From positions 39,681,135 to 39,745,134 of the forward strand of contig JARFYF010000074.1 in the NCBI GenBank assembly GCA_030265395.1: a stretch of 64,000 nucleotides of DNA. Reading direction: 5' to 3'. The notes under the pieces are model-generated. The model saw only the letters and a list, made by a program, of their open reading frames with translations. It was not told where the DNA came from and did no database searches. The position numbers and the translations under genes were made by a program. Shown piece by piece: positions 1-12,300 of this stretch (positions are counted from its first letter, which is position 1; the number at the start of each line of letters is the position of its first letter). This DNA comes from Rhina ancylostomus. Taxonomy: Eukaryota.

Positions 1-466
1 GTCTTTATCTTTTGTTCAAATTCATTAGTATGTTGCTGAAATTCATTTGGACATGATTGAATGCAAAACCTTCTATGAATCAGCATAATGCAGCAGCTAC
101 TTAAAACATGATTCTTTTTTAAAAAAATGAATGATTCTTGAAAAATAATTTGTGAAATTGTTATAGAGTAGAATAGTTTGAAGATAAATTTGTCACCAAA
201 ATTAGCATTTATGTCATGCTAATCCAGATATTAATATACTGGAAATTACTTTTTAAAAAATATTTCAAAGATCTTCCAGTTGGAGTTGAGTGTATCATAA
301 ATTTCCTTAGCAAATTTATGAATAGAAGTCAAACATTCTTTAATGTGTATAAATTAATGCCTTTGCACCCAAAAGATCCCACTAATTTTTTGGAGCCATC
401 TCAAAAATCTGCAAGCCTGTGGTGGTTAAATCATCCTGGGGACATGGTCCATATTGTGGGAGGGAG

Positions 467-649
467 CATCCCTCTGCCATCAGATTTCTGAATGGTCCAT
501 GAACTCTACCTCATTATTCCTCTTTCACACTGTTTATTTATTTATGTAACTTATAGTAATTTTTATGTCTTGCACTGTACTGCTGCCGCAAAACAACAGA
601 TTTCACAGCATGTGTCAGTGATAATAAACTTGACTCTGATTCTGATTCT
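467..649 (+). mobile_element. Rex1/Babar-type LINE 3' end
   Basis: ccctctgccatcagatttctgaatgg (P-S-A-I-R-F-L-N, ORF end), then aataaac and a (gattct)n tail. Confidence 0.6.
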
Positions 650-3600
650 TCTAGTGTAATGGTTTCAAAGGTAGTGGAAAAGATTGTGGTAACTTGATTT
701 GCACTGAACATCATTTGCACTTAATGTTCTGTGATCTTCTGTGATCATCAATACTGGGGCAATTGGGCTGAAAAATAGTGCAAGCTGGTGAATAGTCCAA
801 GCTAAGGCATCTTACAGTTTGATGCAATAGAAAACCAGGTTTCAGATAAAAATGAACCATATGCAATATGTTATCACGTATAATTAACTGGTTACAATCA
901 ATTTTAATCATTTACCATTAGGTAACTAATCATCCGGTCAAATGCTTGGAATATTTGAAAAAAATATTCCCAGGGAATGCAAGCTACATTTTTTGCCAAT
1001 ATGATGATTCTAACCAGCAAAACAGCAAATTCAGATTGTACTTTGGCAGTGTTTTGCGGGAGGGTAGCAGAAAACAGCATGAGTACTCTTTCCATGAAAA
1101 TACCATGAGTATTTTTAAAACACTCGTTCTGTACATGGTTCAGTTTTATTCAAAATCCATGATTTTACTTTATTTTTATTTATTTTCTTACAGATAGAGT
1201 AACTCATCACATGGATAGTTGAATTGAAAGTGTCTACTGAAGGAATTTATATAACGGTTACATTTATCAAGATACAAAAGCAGTACAGAAAAATAAAATT
1301 TTAATTAGGTATTTTAATACGTGTTTATACAAAGCTTGAAAATAAATAATCTGAGAGTAAGTACTCCCAAACATTATCCATTAATATTGTTTGAGCATTA
1401 TTTTTGATTTTATCAAGAAAATGGTACTTTTTGGGAAAATGCTTCATTTGAGAAAGAAAAGGTGCTTAGATTAGAATTACACTGCGCTTGGAATGACCTT
1501 GAATTACTCTGAATTGCCAGCTAAAGAATGTTTCACACTGCAGAAAACTCCCTTGAACTATACTATCATTTTTGCAATGATCATCCCCCAAAACCCTTTC
1601 ATGCTTTAAAACATTGACACATAACCAGCAAAAGCCATATCTGCATAAAGTACAGATGGTAGGTGTGGTCTCATGAAAAGGACTGTAACTCAATTTCACA
1701 CAGCTTTAAATAAGGCTAGTATTTCACATTAAAATAAACCTGAAAAAGGCAATGAGAATCATAACCATCTGAGAAAGCAAAAATGAACAAAAAGGAAATG
1801 CAGTATCACGGCTTTGGCTCCATTATAGTTAGTTCAGGCTGGAGCGAAAGGAAGATTGCTGAAAAATATGTGATTCAACTCCTCCTCACACCCATGACTG
1901 TGGTTGTAAATATTTAATGAAAAGCTGCCAGTCACTCTAAAGTATGTGTGCAATGTTCTCCAGGGTTAATGATATAGCTGATGAAAATCCAGAGAGAAAT
2001 AATATACACCAATCTTGGTGAGATATATCTCAGCTCCTGGAATTTATGTCAAAACTGGAAAGTAGACAGTGATTCGGTTGTCTCTTTTCTAGTGTTGGAG
2101 ATTTTTTTTCCTTTCTATCCTGCAGCTCCATACTCAAGATTAATATGTAGATGGGAATATTGGAAGGAGAAATCCAAAAATTGGCTATAGAATCAAAGAA
2201 ATCAAAAAGAAAAATTACTGCAAAACACTCATCAGATCAGGCAGCATGCATGGAGAGAGATTGATGACTTTTCATTAGAGCTGATAAAATAAAAAATATA
2301 TTCCCGTGGGGACATAAAGAGATCTCGTCTTTTATCAAGTTGTTATGTTCAACTAAATGGCATCATTCCTCTATTATTTTTACCTTATGGAATGAGTCAG
2401 TACAGTGTACTGGCTCCCAGAATTGGTAAAGTATGTTACAAATGAGCGTCAAAGAGAAAAGCTGAATGCAAACCAGCTCTGACATTTCTTTATCTGGAAA
2501 ATGTATTTCTCTTTGCTTAATGTTGTTTGAAAGGGGAATAATTAATATCACCCTTGAAACCATACTATATATTTTGTTATGGATTATATTTTTGAAGGAG
2601 TTATGTAATATCATTAATCTTATCCCCCCAATGTCTGGAACACCACCCCTTCTTGAACTCTTCCACTAGTAATGGGACTACTTTGCACTAAACAATCCTG
2701 AAAAATACTGTTGTTATGTGGCTTTTGATAGTTTCTGGGAGGTAGCTGATGCATGACTAAAATAACACTGAGGCATTATTCCTACTCGAACTAATGAGAC
2801 CACAATTAGTCAGCTGAGTGGGCAGCAGAAAAGAGTCAGCATCGATAAAATCTGGGCTACTTCAAGTGCTCGCAATACAGGCAGTGCCAAAGGTTACCTA
2901 AAGTCACTTTCCAATTATTGAAGAAGAATAAAGAGAGGATAAACTCTAATTATATCCAGGGCTAGTGGCCAAGGGTGTGCAAAGCAAGCAGTCTATGAAG
3001 CCCTGGGGCAGAAAAGGGGCCCACTAGCATTTAATGGATATAACATCAAGGATATAACACACCCTTTGTTTATTAGTGTGGCATGGTCTTTGTTTAAAAG
3101 TGTTTGACACGCTTTCAATCGCTTTTATATCCAACATGAGAGGACAGCACCATTTGTATACACACATATCCTCACACCGTGTAAACACACGGTCACTTGC
3201 GTGTAACATTACATTCTTTCTCAATCCCATGTTCTTTGCCTTGAATTGTGGTGTGAAGATTGACAAGTAGCTTGACCATTCTTTAGCTGGTTCTTCATGT
3301 GTGACTGCAGACAGTGGATGCTGACAAGTGCTTTGCCTGATTGGATGAAGGTGCCATATATGTTCAAATCAAACTCAATTCTGTCGTCATCCATTATCAA
3401 TACGGTTCTCCCTATTAGTGCTAAAGATTATGCCGGCTCTCCCAGGAAGTTTGTTCCAGTTGAGGTGGGAAACTATTCAGTTTATGGTGACTACACTCCA
3501 GAACATAACGTCAGTAGCTGCAGAATGCAGATGACTTTGAGGCCAAGCTCCANNNNNNNNNNNNNNNNNNNNNNNNNNNNNNNNNNNNNNNNNNNNNNNN

Positions 3601-3956
3601 NNNNNNNNNNNNNNNNNNNNNNNNNNNNNNNNNNNNNNNNNNNNNNNNNNNNNNNNNNNNNNNNNNNNNNNNNNNNNNNNNNNNNNNNNNNNNNNNNNNN
3701 NNNNNNNNNNNNNNNNNNNNNNNNNNNNNNNNNNNNNNNNNNNNNNNNNNNNNNNNNNNNNNNNNNNNNNNNNNNNNNNNNNNNNNNNNNNNNNNNNNNN
3801 NNNNNNNNNNNNNNNNNNNNNNNNNNNNNNNNNNNNNNNNNNNNNNNNNNNNNNNNNNNNNNNNNNNNNNNNNNNNNNNNNNNNNNNNNNNNNNNNNNNN
3901 NNNNNNNNNNNNNNNNNNNNNNNNNNNNNNNNNNNNNNNNNNNNNNNNNNNNNNNA

Positions 3957-4395
3957 TTCACTGGAAAGATAAGCCAACCAACATCAGTTTCCTCTCCAGA
4001 TTCAAGGCCTTGGCTGGTCCCAGTCTGCCGTGGTGGGAAGGAGGCATTATTTGCATGCCTGACACCAGGTTCTCTACTTCAAGCTTAATGGGAAGAGATT
4101 AGCAAGCAGACGCAGAAAAAGGTTCAAGGATATCAAAACCTCCTTGAAAAAATTACAACGTTCCCTCTGATTCCTGGGAATCTTTGTCCAAGGCTGACTC
4201 AGATTAGAAAAGAAGCCTTCAGGATGGTGGTGAGAACCTTGAGCCCATGCACTGGCAGCATGCTGAAGACCTCCATAAGTGGTGGAAGGAACGCACAAGC
4301 TATTCACCCACTTGCCCTGTCAAGCACCATAGATTCTGGTCCTTCTGTGGTAGAATCTACAGTGCCCACATTGGCCTCATTAGCAGACTCGGACC
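3957..4395 (+). mobile_element. RTE/BovB-clade LINE, degenerate 3' end of the ORF
   Basis: Residual peptides in shifting frames: RRKRFKDI, DSWESL, WKERTS, CGRIYSAHIGLIS (C-terminal zinc-knuckle-like CGR..S.IGL.SH); abuts an N-gap. Confidence 0.7.
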
Positions 4396-4639
4396 CCTCC
4401 TGACAGTTATTGGCCAATCCAGAGCCATGATGCTGGAGGCACAGAAAAGCCCCGAATCTCACTGGTGCTCAAAATCTGGCATTTCACCATCCATTACTGG
4501 GGATTCTGTCTGCATATACTGCCTTGTATTGGTCAATCCAATAAGTAGCACCATAGATTCATCATAGCTATACTCTGATAGTGTCTGTATATTCTAGGCT
4601 CACAGTCCACTCACTGCACCAACCCCTTCCCCTTTGTGC

Positions 4640-5500
4640 AGGTGGCTGGAGGAGGGGAGGGAGCAACAGACAGTGTTATAGCACTGCTCCCTGCAGAAGC
4701 AGCAACTCATATACAGGTAGGTTAGAGCGGAATGCTTCATGTGATGAGACTTGTGAGCTATATTCAAACCGATGGCAAGGGAGGAAGACAATGACTAGGG
4801 AAGCATATATACAAAATCCTGATGTGGATGAGGAAGCAAGACCAGCCTCTCTAACAGATGGAATGAGATGCACAGGAATGAAGCCAGAGGTGCAGGTGGA
4901 GACATTGAACATCTTCATGCCTGTGTGGAATTGAAGTCTGCTCCAATCAGAGCTCCACTTACTGTCACCTGAGAGCAGATTGAGAAAACAAAGGGGTGCC
5001 ATCCCAGAGCAGATTATTCTCAACTGATATCAGACTGTACTTTCTTTGCAAAGAGCGAACACCGCTGCACTCATTGCAGGATTTGGTCTACTCTCTCCAC
5101 AGCTATGGAGGCTTTAAGAACAGCGGTATGATCTAGGTCACAGAAAATATGCAGTCTCTTGTCTGCTCAGTCCTGGGAGGGTTCCACTGGCATTGTTGAG
5201 CATGAGAGTGCTGTCCTCCTTCAGGTTGTTAAGATTTTTCCTCCCACTGCTGGTTCTCAGGTGATGCCCCACAACCAACCAGCCCAGGCTACAGCCTGTA
5301 ATGCCAGCTGGCCCTTACATGGCAAGAGCACAGATCGTCAGTGACCTTCCCAGTGCAACTGTGTGCAACATACAGGGAAACTTTGCATGGATTGGACACT
5401 GCTGTCTGTAATGACCCAGAGACGAGGAAGTTCAGGAAGAGAGTGACCTTGATCATTGCAGAAAGGGTAGTCCTGGCATGTTTAAATAGTTGCACCTCTC
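4640..5500 (-). mobile_element. PIF/Harbinger DNA transposon relic
   Basis: ORF 5289-5495 (RTTLSAMIKVTLFLNFLVSGSLQTAVSNPCKVSLYVAHSCTGKVTDDL) matches the Harbinger/HARBI1 HTH region (AL.FY.SGSFQ...GISQ...C...VT.AL). Downstream on the same strand, EQT...FCDLDH resembles IEQT...FRCLD. Confidence 0.6.
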
Positions 5501-6667
5501 ACCATTGATGTTCATAGATCTCTAACAAAACTGCCTTAAAAAACTTTAGTCTATGTATTTATGGCTCTTTAGAGAGCTGGAGGCAGGAACGTTCTTCTGT
5601 GTTGGCTTAAGGGCATATAAAATGTCTCCTTGCTTCCAATGCCTGTCCTGCAGCTCCAGCTCATCCATGCTACTCAACATGAGAACCACAGAAGCATCCA
5701 TGACAAGACAGCAAGTGCAGAAATGACACAGCATTTACACAAATTCACTGTAGTAAATAGCAGCAGGCTTCAGAATTAGCCACTGGAGTGTTCTACAGTA
5801 GACTATATATGTGAATTGTATGGGGTTTCCCTTCTAATCATTTATATTCTCAAATTAACAGAATGGAGCACTATGGAAACATGTCAAATGAGATTGGTGA
5901 ACAATAGAACTGAAGTGGAAAATTGTGACACTAATTCTTCCAGCAATGCCCTAAATGAATGTTGCACAAGGATTGATGTCACTCCATGAAAATTCTGCAT
6001 GACAAACAGGTGACATTCATATGTGACAAGAAGTGGCCAGTCTAATTTTCTGTCTGGCCTAAATTTCAATGAAAAACTGTGTTCGAGAATGCCATTCCCT
6101 ATCCATTGATTTTCAGTTGTGCGTTGTTTAAGAAGGCAGCACCATATGAAGAAATTTCGATGTGTGCCTCTTTTACTNNNNNNNNNNNNNNNNNNNNNNN
6201 NNNNNNNNNNNNNNNNNNNNNNNNNNNNNNNNNNNNNNNNNNNNNNNNNNNNNNNNNNNNNNNNNNNNNNNNNNNNNTACTAATAAATCAATGTTTTTTC
6301 TTGCAACAGATAGTTCAACTGATTGCTAATTTAAATCAAATTATCAAATTAGTTAAGCTTTATATATCTTCTGCGAAGTTCAGGACTTGTAATATAACCT
6401 GCTTTAAAGAAACCAAGCAAGCAGATGGTAAAGCTCTCTTTTAATTTATTGATATGACTGAGTATGAAATAACTTTTGTGCACATTTATAAATTGTCATT
6501 GCAACAAAGAGTAACAGATCCTCTTTAAACATTGTGATTCAGTTGCCCCTGTTCCTTTATTCACTGATACCTTGTACAATCCACTTCAGTTAGGTTGTAG
6601 TTGGATTTGCAAGGGTGTGCAGTGCAGTGGAATATTTGAGTACTTAAATGATACAAAGCTGCTCAAG

Positions 6668-7015
6668 AGATTCAGATTCAGATCAGTTTATTGTCATAAA
6701 CAGCAGGATGCAATGAAATTCCTTGTTTGCGTGAAACTCACAATGTACATGGGAATAACAAATACAACAATAAATACAGCGAAGAGCACAAAAACATCAG
6801 TATAGTGCAAAGTATAATAGTGTAAACTGAGGTAGTACAAAAAGAAATGCTAAAGTGACAATAATGGAAGATGTAGAATTAAGGTTTTGAAAATATGGCA
6901 GCACCACCAGGAAAGAGATCAGAAGAAGCTGTCCTTGAGTCTGATTGTCTAGGCTTTCAAGCTCTTGTATCTTCTCCTAGAAAGTAGAAGAGAGAAAAGG
7001 AATGGCCAGGGCAGC
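6668..7015 (-). mobile_element. Rex1/Babar-type LINE 3' fragment
   Basis: Reverse tail gattcagattcagatcagtttattgtcat; gctcttgtatcttctcctagaaagtag (ORF end, reverse strand). Confidence 0.5.
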
Positions 7016-7244
7016 AGGCATCAAAACATCTTCTTAATATGCCAGACCTTCTGAAAGGTCACCTCCTCTGAATACCTTACATTTCTATTACATAGAAAGA
7101 TTTCTGGTCAAAGCTGTGCCATACTGAGATTATCACAGTATTTTACTCTTAGAAGTAAAATATTCATATTTTGTATGGTGTAATACTTGTATTTGCAACA
7201 TGACTGATTGTGCTTTCCATTGGTTACAGAATAGAAAAAATATA

Positions 7245-7365
7245 AGAGGCACAGATAAGGTAGTAAGAAACATTTCCCCATGGCAGAGGTGTCAAAGACC
7301 AGAGGGCATAGGTTTAAGGTGAGGAATAAGAAGGTTAAAGGGAATCTGAGAGATTTTTTTTCATC
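7245..7365 (+). mobile_element. CR1/HER1 LINE fragment
   Basis: accagagggcataggtttaaggtgagg (TRGHRFKV motif). Confidence 0.6.
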
Positions 7366-7455
7366 AGTGCATGGTTCGATCCAAAATATCAACTATCCTT
7401 CTGCCTCCACAGATGCTGCATGACCTGCTGAGTTCCTCCAGCAGTTTGTTTTTAG
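7366..7455 (+). repeat. Penelope-associated short repeat (cagatgctgcctgacctgctgagttcctccagc family)
   Basis: Same motif family at about 2215-2280, 12460-12625, 15690-15735, 42014-42065 and 62800-62890. Confidence 0.55.
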
Positions 7456-8214
7456 CTATGGATTGGCTCAACAAGCTAATCCTTNNNNNNNNNNNNNNNN
7501 NNNNNNNNNNNNNNNNNNNNNNNNNNNNNNNNNNNCATCAGAATAAATTCTAAGGTTATGTCATTTACATTAATGTCCTTTGGTCCTATTGTTTTGCTCC
7601 ACATCATTTCATCTAATCCTTCATTAGAATTTAAAATATGAAGTAATGAAAAATGGATTCAAGAAATTAATCCACCTAAAGCACCAAACACACTATATCA
7701 TTGCTGAAACTGAAGTCAGTGGAACTGAATTTCAGCACTAGAGTATAATTAAATGCCATGATGATGGACATGGGGAAGATGGACTTCAGAAACTCTTTCA
7801 CAAGTACATAGAGAACAGATCTTAGAAATACACAGAGACGGCTACAAAGGCAATGACAAAAGAGGATCAAAAATCACTACAGTGAATAAGAATCTGGAAA
7901 GGAAATACATGACTTTTGCCACATTATAATGAAAAACTCATAGGTCATGGTGTTGCCACGGTGACTCAGAAGATGCTGATTTATACTAGTAATACTATGT
8001 ATGGCAACTGATACAGAGTAACTAAGGGCATCATGTTCCAATTTAATTAAATGCTAATCTTGAGTTTTTATCTGTTCTTTGAGGTTCTGACTGTCAATCA
8101 TTCTGCATAAACCAAAAATAAGTGGTTATTCTATTTGGAGTTTTGGTCTTAGCTAAGAATAAATTTACAAAAATGTAAACGAGAAAAACAATAAAAAAGC
8201 CTAATTTCATATAA

Positions 8215-8490
8215 CACCTTTCATGGCCTTGAACTAGGTTTTAAAGCCAAAGATGTACTTTTGGAGTGTAGTAATGTAATAAATGTAGTAAGGTCAATTT
8301 CTGCACAGCAAGCTCCCACAGGGTGTAATGAGATAATAACAAGAGTCCATTTTGGTTGAGTTGAGTGATTTTGAGAAACTTCTTAGCTCTTCTTCAATGG
8401 TATGGGAAAATATTGTCCACCTGAGAGAGCCTTGGCTTTATATTTCATCCAAGGACCTGATTACAGCAGTCCCTTGGTTTTGGAGTGCAA
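8215..8490 (-). mobile_element. Deu-domain SINE (SacSINE1-like), degenerate
   Basis: gctcttcttcaa...tgtccacctgagag...tttcatcc and tgcacagcaagctcccaca are reverse-strand Deu core and tail motifs. Confidence 0.6.
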
Positions 8491-9799
8491 TTTCAGTGTA
8501 GGTTATGGGAAAGATTTGATTTTGCTTTCCCATTAGTTAGACTAGAACAAATAGCTAACATTATAAAAGCTTTAAATTTTGGCAACAGAAAGAGAAAGAC
8601 AGATCCAAGCAGGCACTAGTAGGAAGAAGCTTTACTTTTAAAGTGGTGCACAGTGTTGGCTCTAGGTATGACAAAGTACCAGTCAGCCTACACCACATTT
8701 CTGGAATCTCCTGCAGGGAGAAAGAGGCCCCCGAAACTGTGGCTTANNNNNNNNNNAGACCCACACTCTGAAGATTCTATATGTGAATCACAAAGCCCCA
8801 TGGTTGGATCGCAAAAGAATGAGGCTTTCAGATAAATTGTGTTCCAGCAAACATGGCTAACAATGGGTCAACAAGGCCAGATGAAAACTGTGAGGTGAAG
8901 GACTGAAAGTAATTTATTAGGCTGGATTCCTCCAAAAGGGTTTGAATAATGTAGGCAGAGGAATTGCATGTGGGCCTGAAGGAGGTTTAGATATTGGAAT
9001 GCTGTAGCAAAGTTAAATTGGAGCATGAGAGAGCGGAACTGGACTAAAATTATACCAGGTAAAGGATGTAACGACATGGAGATGGAGNNNNNNNNNNNNN
9101 NNNNNNNNNNNNNNNNNNNNNNNNNNNNNNNNNNNNNNNNNNNNNNNNNNNNNNNNNNNNNNNNNNNNNNNNNNNNNNNNNNNNNNNNNNNNNNNNNNNN
9201 NNNNNNNNNNNNNNNNNNNNNNNNNNNNNNNNNNNNNNNNNNNNNNNNNNNNNNNNNNNNNNNNNNNNNNNNNNNNNNNNNNNNNNNNNNNNNNNNNNNN
9301 NNNNNNNNNNNNNNNNNNNNNNNNNNNNNNNNNNNNNNNNNNNNNNNNNNNNNNNNNNNNNNNNNNNNNNNNNNNNNNNNNNNNNNNNNNNNNNNNNNNN
9401 NNNNNNNNNNNNNNNNNNNNNNNNNNNNNNNNNNNNNNNNNNNNNNNNNNNNNNNNNNNNNNNNNNNNNNNNNNNNNNNNNNNNNNNNNNNNNNNNNNNN
9501 NNNNNNNNNNNNNNNNNNNNNNNNNNNNNNNNNNNNNNNNNNNNNNNNNNNNNNNNNNNNNNNNNNNNNNNNNNNNNNNNNNNNNNNNNNNNNNNNNNNN
9601 NNNNNNNNNNNNNNNNNNNNNNNNNNNNNNNNNNNNNNNNNNNNNNNNNNNNNNNNNNNNNNNNNNNNNNNNNNNNNNNNNNNNNNNNNNNNNNNNNNNN
9701 NTCCTGACTCCAGTCTTGTATCAGTGTGCCACATTTGGGTTCTCTGTGAGTTTGCTCTGGATCAACATTGTGACATCTGTCTATTTTTGTTCGGACAGA

Positions 9800-10620
9800 A
9801 TAAGGACATAAGAAAGAGCAAAGGGGGTAATCCATTCAGCATTATATTCAGTAAGATCTACCTTCCTGCCCTTTACCCATTTCCCTTAAATAGATTATTT
9901 GATAACAAGTAAATTATTGATATCTTGAATACACTCACTGCCTGAAAATCCACTTCCCACTAGGTTTGATGAAAAGATTAACAAGCCTTTAAAAGAAATA
10001 AGTTTTCCTCATCTCAATCTTAAATCTGAGACTGAACCATTAGTTAAGTCTTCCCATCTTGAAGTGTCTACATTCTGAAGCACCTTAAAGAATTCTATGT
10101 TTCAGTGAGATCACCCCCCAGACATGGGAAATTTAAGTCCACTCTGCTCAGTCTCTCCTCACTCCATCCCATGAATCAATCTAGGCCACCTTTGCTCCAT
10201 TTTTATAAGGCTCCTTGAAGCAAGAAATCCAAACCTTGAACCAATAGTAAGACTTCTGTCAAACTTTTGTTTGCTAATAAGGAATAATATCTCATTTTGA
10301 TTTCTTAACAGCATCCAGAGATTGCACATTAACTTCTTATCGTCTGTGAACAAGAACCCCATGAATCTTCTGAAAGTCAACATCTTTCAGCCTCTCAACA
10401 CATAAAGAAAAATCCTGCTTGTTTTAAGTTTTCCTAACAAGATAGATAACAATGTATCTCTACATAATATTTGTGAGAGCCACGTTTTGGTATACTCACT
10501 TAACTTGCTTATACCCTTCACTCTCTTTGCATCCTTCTTACAGCACTGTTGAATCAGCAAACTTGGGCACAGGCACTCATCTAATTCCCTGATTTGGATT
10601 GCAACCAGCTAAAACCTCAC
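9800..10620 (-). mobile_element. Old CR1 LINE fragment
   Basis: gttttcctcatctc, tatgtttcagtgagatcacc, gaatcagcaaacttgg (reverse of the KFADD-type RT motif). Confidence 0.45.
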
Positions 10621-10909
10621 CAGTGGAGTGCAGAGTTGCAGTATTTCCCCAGACCTTTTATCCTGAGCATTGTCATCCAATGATTTCAGTACAGAACCAT
10701 GAATGTTTTTAAATTGTTTGTCATTTATTTGAATGTCTTTGTGTATTTTGCCAAAAAAAATGTTTAATAATTTTGGAATGTTTTTGAATATTTGAGGATG
10801 ATCAGCCAGAGAGATAATTTAATTGGGGTAGTTGGGGGGGTCGGTCATGATGATCAATCAGAGGGGGCAAGGTGGAGATGACAAGTTAAGCTGATTAAAC
10901 TAATCTTCC

Positions 10910-11085
10910 TGGATAGCAGATGGGATCTAAGTTTAACATCTCATGCAAAAGGTGTGTCCTCCAACATTACATCATTCCAGTACTGGACTGGAGTATGATC
11001 TAGGTTCTTACTGTACATTCAAGTTTCTGTTATGAGACTTAAGCTCACATTCTTTTGACCCCAAAAAAGGATGCAACCAACTGGC
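10910..11085 (-). mobile_element. Deu-domain SINE fragment
   Basis: gcagatgggatctaagtttaacatctcatgcaaaagg...cagtactggactggagt. Confidence 0.55.
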
Positions 11086-11593
11086 ATGGTGACACTTTCT
11101 CCTGCTGTACTTGGCGGTTAAACTATGTTTGCAATGACCAAATAACCAAGATAGATTAAATTTCTTGAAAGTAACAACAATTTTGTTCAGCCTGAATCAG
11201 CAAATATCAACTGCTCTTCACTAACAATTGCTGGTAATTGTATCTTTATCATCCACAATTTAAATTTGCCTTGCTCAAACTCCCCTGTCTCGTCGAAGCT
11301 CAGAAAATAATCATGCTATGTGATGTGATGTGAACTAAATACAGTCAGGAAGATGTTGGCTTCAGTCACTAATCTGTGTTGACTAAAGGGAATTATAACT
11401 GGCCACAACACCTCTGAAAATTACATGGAATTATATCCTATTATGAGTTTTTGAAACCAGCATAGGAGGTAAAAGAAAAAGGTTAAAGAAATGTTGGGAA
11501 GACGCCTTATCTGCTCAGGCCAACATTTTTCTTGGCCAGCAATATCACAGGGTGTATATAGATACCAGTGATATAATTTATTATAAGTAATAT

Positions 11594-12300
11594 ATCCTAG
11601 AAGTGAACATCACTAATAGCCTGTCCTGGTCCAACCACATAGACGCCACAACCAAGAAAGCTCACCAGTGCCTCTATTTCCTCAAGAGGCTAAAGAAATT
11701 TAGCATGTCCCCTTTAAGACACCAACTTTTATCAATGTANNNNNNNNNNNNNNNNNNNNNNNNNNNNNNNNNNNNNNNNNNNNNNNNNNNNNNNNNNNNN
11801 NNNNNNNNNNNNNNNNNNNNNNNNNNNNNNNNNNNNNNNNNNNNNNNNNNNNNNNNNNNNNNNNNNNNNNNNNNNNNNNNNNNNNNNNNNNNNNNNNNNN
11901 NNNNNNNNNNNNNNNNNNNNNNNNNNNNAAGACCCCACCCACCCAGGTCATTCTTCCTTCTCCCCACTCCCATCAGGCAGAAGATACAGGCACATACCAC
12001 CAGGCTCAAGGACAGCTTCTATCCCACTGTTATAAGACTATTGAACAGTTCCCTTATACGATGAAATAGACTCCTGACCTCACAATTTACCTTGTTATGA
12101 CCTTGCAGTTTATTGTTTACCTCCACAGCACTTCCATGCAGCTGTGACACTTTGCTCTGTATTCTTTTATTGTTTTTACTGTGTACTACCTCAATGCGCT
12201 GTGCAATGAATTGATCTGTACGAATGGTATGCAAGACAAGTTTTTCACTGTACCTCAGTACAAGTGATAATAATAAACCAATACCAATATCAATACCAAT
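11594..12300 (+). mobile_element. Rex1/Babar LINE, 5'-truncated, gapped
   Basis: ORF NITNSLSWSNHIDATTKKAHQCLYFLKRLKKF...HTTRLKDSFYPTVIRLLN; tail aataaa(ccaata)n. Confidence 0.8.

Noticed and set aside
3297-4088. Long ORFs spanning N runs (also 8868-9912, 17684-18132, 41621-42208, 61801-62115)
   Set aside because: Artefacts of translating through assembly gaps
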